Below, piece by piece: positions 58,952 through 64,000 of a stretch of DNA of 64,000 bases. Source of the stretch: a virus; IMG/VR virus record IMGVR_UViG_3300010401_000007, positions 2,694 through 66,693 of that record; one strand, 5' to 3'. The notes under the pieces were generated by a model that saw only the letters and a program-made list of their open reading frames with translations, ran no database searches and had not been told where the DNA came from. The first letter of the stretch is position 1; every line of letters begins with the position of its first letter. Both the position numbers and the translations under genes were made by a program.

Positions 58952-59589
58952 TCTACACCCTCTTTCTCAGAGACAGGTTCCGGAGTCTGCCCCGTTAACT
59001 CCACAATTCTCGGTCCCACAGGATCTACTACATCACTCTTCCCACACAGTCGATCCCAGTAGTCAGGAGGCATAGTATTGACCACCTCATCGTCGAGTTG
59101 AGGTAGAGTCGTCTTGACATCTCCCCCTAACCGAAGGAGATTGATCCTGTCTCTTATACACCCTTGGATAATCATTAGAAACCTAGGATCACCCGTCTGC
59201 CCCCTTACCTGCCGCTTAATAGTTACCTCTCCAGGTTGCTTCTCTATCCTATTCTCACCAGTAGGTACACCTCTCCTACCCAGCACTGGAATCGACTTGT
59301 AATAGTGAGTCTTCTCGATACTCTTCACCTCAGCGTCAGCACATGACTTCTCCCATGAGTCCCAAGCTGATGCCTCTACTAAGTCCACCCGAGCTAGCTC
59401 CCCACTGATCAGAGTCCGTAGATCCTCCCCCATCTCTTTCAGCCATCTATCCCGAGTCCTCTTCAAGTCACCTGTTACTACCGCCCGGCTAACCCCGAGC
59501 TTGGTGGCGATCTCCTGGTGTGAGGCACCCGTCAGGTACAGAGCAACGATAGTCCTCTGCCTCTGGATCAGTTGATACTCGTTCGGCAT
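58948..59589 (-). CDS. Putative terminase small subunit (HTH)
   Basis: IVALYLTGASHQEIATKLGVSRAVVTGDL HTH; GDPRFL...R..LL.L; upstream of TerL. Confidence 0.75.
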   Translation of the reverse strand: MPNEYQLIQRQRTIVALYLTGASHQEIATKLGVSRAVVTGDLKRTRDRWLKEMGEDLRTLISGELARVDLVEASAWDSWEKSCADAEVKSIEKTHYYKSIPVLGRRGVPTGENRIEKQPGEVTIKRQVRGQTGDPRFLMIIQGCIRDRINLLRLGGDVKTTLPQLDDEVVNTMPPDYWDRLCGKSDVVDPVGPRIVELTGQTPEPVSEKEGVE

Positions 59590-59789
59590 GACAGGATGTC
59601 ATTCTCTGATAGGATGTCAGAGCATCGGATTAGGATGATCTGAGAGGGATGATTGGTACGCTATTTTCGTGACCACCTCGAATTCTAGTACGATTCCCTA
59701 CCAGTTGTCCATTATAAAAACAGACCACTAGAGGCGATCGGCACCGAATCTGCTTACCACCAAGTTAGAAGAGTCTACCGTACTATCTA

Positions 59790-59839
59790 GGAATTTTCTA
59801 GGATTCGGGGTTGCCTCAGAAGTGGGCAGAGACTAAATT
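59790..59839 (+). promoter_or_regulatory. Sigma70-like promoter, same layout as 9128
   Basis: GGAATTTTCT-N7-GGGG-TTGCCT-N17-TAAATT. Confidence 0.6.
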
Positions 59840-59875
59840 GAACTGTACAGAACTGAGGCATCGACCGGAGAACAT

Positions 59876-60175
59876 ATGGAACTAGATCTCACCCCCTTCC
59901 AGAAACGGAAGTCCCCCATCCGAGTCCTACAGGTACTCTCTCAAGCCGTAGGACCGATGGCCCGTAAGACCATCGCCCCACTCACGGGGTTGATGATGGA
60001 GAACGAACGTATCCCCAGTGAGACGAACACCTACAAGTTCCTCACCTCGGAGAAGTACGTCACCGAGAAGGATCTTACCTTCGACGATGACCATACCGAG
60101 ACTGTGTACGCCATTACCCAGAAGGGTCGTAAGGTACTAGAGGAGATGAGTAAGCTACCAGTCGAGATTAAGTAA
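59876..60175 (+). CDS. Winged-helix DNA-binding protein in its own transcription unit
   Basis: IRVLQVLS..GPMARKTIA...VYAITQKGRKVL; GGAG SD. Confidence 0.75.
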   Translation: MELDLTPFQKRKSPIRVLQVLSQAVGPMARKTIAPLTGLMMENERIPSETNTYKFLTSEKYVTEKDLTFDDDHTETVYAITQKGRKVLEEMSKLPVEIK

Positions 60176-60187
60176 CCCACCAACTAT

Positions 60188-60222
60188 TAACCCCACCCTG
60201 ATCGGTGGGGTTATTTATTTTC
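60188..60222 (+). terminator. Intrinsic terminator
   Basis: TAACCCCACC-ctgatc-GGTGGGGTTA then TTTATTTT. Confidence 0.75.
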
Positions 60223-60238
60223 TGAGAAAGAGAGTGAA

Positions 60239-60472
60239 TTACGGTATTGGACCCCTATTCACATTGACCATATAAACCCAACCCGGCTTGATCACATGTA
60301 GATTCCCCTTCTTATCTGATATCAACATCCCATCTCCATCCTGTTTCTCATACATCACTGTTGCAGGGTTAACTATATTTACCCAAGTATCAGGTACATA
60401 CAGAAATCGTACTTCATGTACCGTGTCTGAGTATGGGTACTCTTTATTAGGTTCCATGTGTATCATCTTCAT
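60239..60472 (-). CDS. Hypothetical protein
   Basis: ORF following the Mom-like gene. Confidence 0.55.
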   Translation of the reverse strand: MKMIHMEPNKEYPYSDTVHEVRFLYVPDTWVNIVNPATVMYEKQDGDGMLISDKKGNLHVIKPGWVYMVNVNRGPIP

Positions 60473-61244
60473 TCACTAATCCCTTCTTCGGGTAAGGAAC
60501 TCGTAACCTCTCTACCTCTCGTCTCATCTTCTTATCGAGCGGCATCAAGTATCGGTGCTTACTACTACCCATGACCTTACAGTGTGAGTGATTGACCTTG
60601 GTCCCGTGACGGTGGATCAAGGTACGACCGTGTACCCTACCCTCCCCTGGTATCCAGTATTCCCCCGCTGCCGTACTCATCCCCGTGTAGACCCAATTCC
60701 CAGCTTGGTAGATGACTCCTACATGCTCCTGGTCAGGGTCAGCGTAGGAGATCACTAGTCTTAGATCCGGATACCGTCCGCGGAGTAGGCGTAGACACTC
60801 ACTAACGATCTTCGTGACTGGGGTCTTGTGGGAACGGAGAGCAATGCGAGCCAGTTCGCAGCCTTCACGGTTCTCGATACCGTACCGTTTGAACATTCGA
60901 TCCATACCGACACCAAATACAACTGCCCCCCGATAATCCATATCCTCCCAGACTCCGAGGTGTACCAACTTACTTCGGGGCATAGTTTTAGAGTAGTGCC
61001 AGTTGGTGACAGAGTACACTGCTGCTTCATAGGTACACCAATCGACTCGGAGTTGACACGGTTCCCCCGTATGTTTTCTCTGAGAAAGAGGACTAGTCGT
61101 CTCCTCGGCAGATCTTATCTGGGCAGCTTGCGAAAGTACCTGTGGAGTTGGTCCATATTTTAAGTTCTGTCCCGCATGAGTTACATCGGATAGAGGGAGT
61201 AGTCTCGGTGGGAGTCTGGGCACGGTCCTTCTCCTTCTCATCAC
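60447..61244 (-). CDS. Mom-family (GNAT-fold) DNA adenine modification enzyme; start uncertain
   Basis: NWHYSK..P, GAVVFG, ELARIAL, VISYADPDQEHVGVIYQAGNWVYTG, KHRYL..L. Confidence 0.85.
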   Translation of the reverse strand: MMRRRRTVPRLPPRLLPLSDVTHAGQNLKYGPTPQVLSQAAQIRSAEETTSPLSQRKHTGEPCQLRVDWCTYEAAVYSVTNWHYSKTMPRSKLVHLGVWEDMDYRGAVVFGVGMDRMFKRYGIENREGCELARIALRSHKTPVTKIVSECLRLLRGRYPDLRLVISYADPDQEHVGVIYQAGNWVYTGMSTAAGEYWIPGEGRVHGRTLIHRHGTKVNHSHCKVMGSSKHRYLMPLDKKMRREVERLRVPYPKKGLVNEDDTHGT

Positions 61245-61410
61245 TCCAGTAGTCCCAACTCTTACAGATCGTTATGAGTCCTTCTATGAACGCATTCTTA
61301 CTAGTGAGTTGATTCCCCTTGTGGAGCTTATCGACGTGTCTACGAAAGAATAGATACTCTTGCTCTGTTAACTCCACTGTCACAATTAGTCTTTCATTGT
61401 TAGACATCAC
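61093..61410 (-). CDS. Hypothetical protein with C-terminal CxxC; overlaps the Mom ORF
   Basis: Start preceded by a minus-strand motif copy. Confidence 0.45.
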   Translation of the reverse strand: MMSNNERLIVTVELTEQEYLFFRRHVDKLHKGNQLTSKNAFIEGLITICKSWDYWSDEKEKDRAQTPTETTPSIRCNSCGTELKIWTNSTGTFASCPDKICRGDD

Positions 61411-61425
61411 TCTTCCTCAGAGAAG

Positions 61426-62049
61426 TTAGTTCGTCCACTCATGACCACACTGCGGACAGGTATGTACCTTCCTCTCGGTAATCTCCGTCTGAGTCGTGGG
61501 GTCTACCGGTTGGAATAGACTCGTATCACATCGCATCACCTTCAATTCATCCGTAGACCACCCAGACATATCGATGTTAGCCGCATGGAGGATAGCATCC
61601 GTCTTCTGGACCTGTTCGAAGTCCCATGTAGCCAGTTCGGCGGTACGGTTATCGGTGATACCGTACTCCAGTGCTTCGATGTCTGATAGATCAGAGAACA
61701 CAGCGGCGATATGAGTCCATCCTAGATCTAGGGCGGCCCTAGTCGTACCGTTCCCCTTCACGATGACATTAGTCCCCCGTTGGATGACGATAGGAGTCTG
61801 CTGTTTGAATCGATCGAGTGATCTGCGAATAGCATCCATATTCCGCTCTGGATGCTTACGGGCATTATTAGGATCGAAGACAAGTTGTGATATCGGGGTG
61901 GACAGATGACTAATTTCTGGAGCGATGCGATTGATCTCTCCTGAGTGCTGTCCATTCTTACTCTCCTCTTTCTCAGAGATACTAGCCGGTAACTTGTTCA
62001 GTAGTCCGGCCGGACCACGATTCGTTAATCGTATGGGTAATCTGGGCAT
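61426..62049 (-). CDS. ParB N-terminal-domain protein with C-terminal zinc ribbon
   Basis: DPNNARKH, SLDRFKQQTPIVI, VKGNGT, TDNRTAELATWD, CPQCGHEW. Confidence 0.85.
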   Translation of the reverse strand: MPRLPIRLTNRGPAGLLNKLPASISEKEESKNGQHSGEINRIAPEISHLSTPISQLVFDPNNARKHPERNMDAIRRSLDRFKQQTPIVIQRGTNVIVKGNGTTRAALDLGWTHIAAVFSDLSDIEALEYGITDNRTAELATWDFEQVQKTDAILHAANIDMSGWSTDELKVMRCDTSLFQPVDPTTQTEITERKVHTCPQCGHEWTN

Positions 62050-62050
62050 A

Positions 62051-62236
62051 CTACACCTCTGTGAACTCGATCTTGCCGTCCGCTCGGACGAATAGAATCC
62101 CTGAGTCACGTAGTACAGCGTAGATATTCCATAGGGTAGGACAGTTCATAGCAATAAGATCCTGTTTGTAATAGCCGTGTAACTGGGCAGCAATCTTCTC
62201 CAACACCTTGTTATTGTCCCTGTCGTTCTTACTCAT
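62051..62236 (-). CDS. Small hypothetical protein
   Basis: ATGA coupling to the helicase stop. Confidence 0.5.
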   Translation of the reverse strand: MSKNDRDNNKVLEKIAAQLHGYYKQDLIAMNCPTLWNIYAVLRDSGILFVRADGKIEFTEV

Positions 62237-64000
62237 CCCATTACCCTCCTGTATAAGTCCCTGAAATGGTGAGTCAGTCGGAATCGAGTCGTATTCTGGA
62301 ACCGTCCCGGTGCTATCTCAGGCCTGAACTTGTCGAGGATCTTGATAGCTACCATCATCTTGATAATCTTCTTGGAGTAGTCATCATCGTCCCCTAACCA
62401 CCCCATCAGAGTTGAATGGTCTACCCCGTTCGGATGGGTGTAGATCTTCCTGACCATGTCGAGGGTTACCCCCTGACACGTATCATATGCGGTCTGACGG
62501 GTGATTGCCATGACTTCGTCATCCACAGTCTTCTTGTTCATGACTGTGGCTAAGCAGACGGAGAGTCGAGCTAGTTGGGTAGTCAGTCGAGGGTTCATCT
62601 CCCTCTCAATCTTCTCCCGTAGTTTGGGAGAGGGTCTACACCGCATATAGGCAACGAGTGTGGCGAGATCGACTATCTCAGCTTCGTACCGACTGGGGAT
62701 GTTCTTCTGTACCTCCTCATTGAGTAGCTGGGCGTGTGGACGGAGGTATTGGATATACCCTCCTGTAAGTTGCTTGAACCGTGTCATCTCAGGAACTTCC
62801 TGATTCTCTAGTTTCCCGTTACTGTGCATACCCGTCTGTCGGAATGCTCTTCGTACTACCGATAGTGCGATCTCCCTCTCACGGTTCACATCAATCTCGT
62901 CCACCACAGTCACGGTCAGGAATCGTTCGCCCAGTTCCGAGGTGTCGAGATCTCGGAGTGACCCCGTACCCGCTAGAATCCAAGTAGTGTTCTGTCCCTC
63001 ATACTCGGGGTTACCCTTCGTCCGGTAGGAGGGTCTACCAGCACGGTCGTAGATGTCCCGAGCTTCAGAGAGGATACGTCCTAGTTCCGCTTTCTGGAGT
63101 AGGGTATCCCCGTCCTTGGTAATCAGGGTCCGATTTTTGAGTTGGCAGATGAGGGAGTTGTCCTCGGTGAGATCAGACGGATTGAGTCGGAACCCCGAGT
63201 AGAACCCCGTCATCCCTGATTTGGGGAAACAGTAGGTACGGTTAACTGAGAGTGCTTCACAGAGGACCGTCTTACCGGTAGACGGGGGAGATATGACACG
63301 TACCCAGAGTTGATCCCCCATACACTCGGTACTGATGATGGTGGCCAGCATAGCCGCGAATGCACGGGTGAGGTTGTCATCCCACTTGAGGGCTAACTTC
63401 GCTGATTCGAGGAGATCCTTCCAGTTATCACAGGGGATGAGGGGTAGTCGGGGTTCTCGATCAGGAACGTTATTATCCGGCCGTACCCATGTGTCGGGTA
63501 CTGGGGTTAGTTTCTTTTGGAGTTGACTCCATAGAACAATACGGGACTTTATCGTATCTTTCTGGGAGAGATAGTCCCTCACGTCGTACCCGGATGGTAG
63601 GGACTCGTCATGACCCTCCTCCCCCCATTTCAGGTATTTCATCGAGAGGGGTACTGACTGCTGCTGGGAGAGGGTGTTAACGGCTCTCTCCACCCCACTA
63701 ATACCAGCCCCTCGGATCATCTTGTTAGGGATCTTGGGGTGTGGGTACGGGTGGTCATTGTCGTACAGGAATGCAACATCCTTCTCTGAGAGAAGGGATG
63801 ACCAGTTAGAGTTGAAGACATTGGCCCCTGGTGTCGAGATAACGAGGGGCTTAGTCTTCGCTGGGATCGACTCTACCACCTCCCACAGACTCATCCCATC
63901 ATGCAATCCCTCACACACATAGACCGTGCTATACCTCTTGGGGAATTCGGCAGGACGGAATAAACCGTGATAGAGATTCGGGGTTGAGGCCCATCTCGTC
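62233..64000 (-). CDS. TOPRIM primase fused to an AAA+-type helicase (5'-truncated by the window end)
   Basis: VYVCEGLHD, FLYDND, ISPPSTGKT, GERFL; frame open to position 64000. Confidence 0.82.
   Translation of the reverse strand, partial: TRWASTPNLYHGLFRPAEFPKRYSTVYVCEGLHDGMSLWEVVESIPAKTKPLVISTPGANVFNSNWSSLLSEKDVAFLYDNDHPYPHPKIPNKMIRGAGISGVERAVNTLSQQQSVPLSMKYLKWGEEGHDESLPSGYDVRDYLSQKDTIKSRIVLWSQLQKKLTPVPDTWVRPDNNVPDREPRLPLIPCDNWKDLLESAKLALKWDDNLTRAFAAMLATIISTECMGDQLWVRVISPPSTGKTVLCEALSVNRTYCFPKSGMTGFYSGFRLNPSDLTEDNSLICQLKNRTLITKDGDTLLQKAELGRILSEARDIYDRAGRPSYRTKGNPEYEGQNTTWILAGTGSLRDLDTSELGERFLTVTVVDEIDVNREREIALSVVRRAFRQTGMHSNGKLENQEVPEMTRFKQLTGGYIQYLRPHAQLLNEEVQKNIPSRYEAEIVDLATLVAYMRCRPSPKLREKIEREMNPRLTTQLARLSVCLATVMNKKTVDDEVMAITRQTAYDTCQGVTLDMVRKIYTHPNGVDHSTLMGWLGDDDDYSKKIIKMMVAIKILDKFRPEIAPGRFQNTTRFRLTHHFRDLYRRVMG

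Larger units (their letters stand above)
793..63797. repeat. Genome-wide dispersed ~16-bp motif TTCTCTGAG(A/G)(A/G)AGAGG, ~52 copies
   Basis: Approximate starts on +: 1317,3024,4403,5057,7127,8207,9801,10671,12642,15667,16624,19623,20250,23807,24903,27083,28584,30476,31622,33132,34323,35749,38035,40165,44197,45597,48211,48854,49468,50238,53809,54348,55498,57850,60218,61075,63781. On -: 793,17001,20495,23926,25398,29008,33347,35356,38271,45729,49429,55765,58959,61410,61965. Counted by eye with some degeneracy allowed. Confidence 0.95.

Noticed and set aside
793-63797. Dispersed motif read as only a Shine-Dalgarno sequence, CRISPR repeat, REP element or IS end
   Set aside because: Most copies are intragenic or antisense to the local gene, are not arrayed with spacers, and there is no transposase or paired-hairpin structure
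1-64000. Stop-codon reassignment or a prophage/host boundary
   Set aside because: Core genes translate intact in code 11 and use all three stops; phage genes run to both edges with no integrase or host housekeeping genes

Overview
The whole window is most of the genome of a tailed dsDNA phage with an HK97-fold capsid and a siphovirus-like morphogenesis gene order. The host is very probably a Planctomycete (Gemmataceae-like), judged from TIGR02996-type proteins and an LEPR-XLL/FG-GAP exported protein. Most genes are on the minus strand. In transcription order from the right end: primase-helicase (partial), ParB-like and Mom-like genes, TerS, a split TerL, GroES, portal, two His-rich head polyproteins, major capsid, neck and tail genes, a glycosyltransferase-methyltransferase, holin-like genes and two exported proteases. 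Then come a plus-strand early-type island (9.2-13.5 kb) and RuvC, UDG, nuclease, Sak4-like ATPase, SSB-like and family A polymerase (partial). No integrase, CRISPR array or reverse transcriptase was seen. The most striking unexplained signal is a ~16-bp motif, TTCTCTGAG(A/G)(A/G)AGAGG, of which I counted about 52 copies by eye (~1 per 1.2 kb) in both orientations, in intergenic gaps and inside coding sequence in all frames. Other highlights: two non-canonical tRNA-like RNAs, head polyproteins with repeated K|S/A putative cleavage sites and TIGR02996-like modules, and TerL split by three genes. All protein assignments come from recognising motifs by eye, not from database searches.
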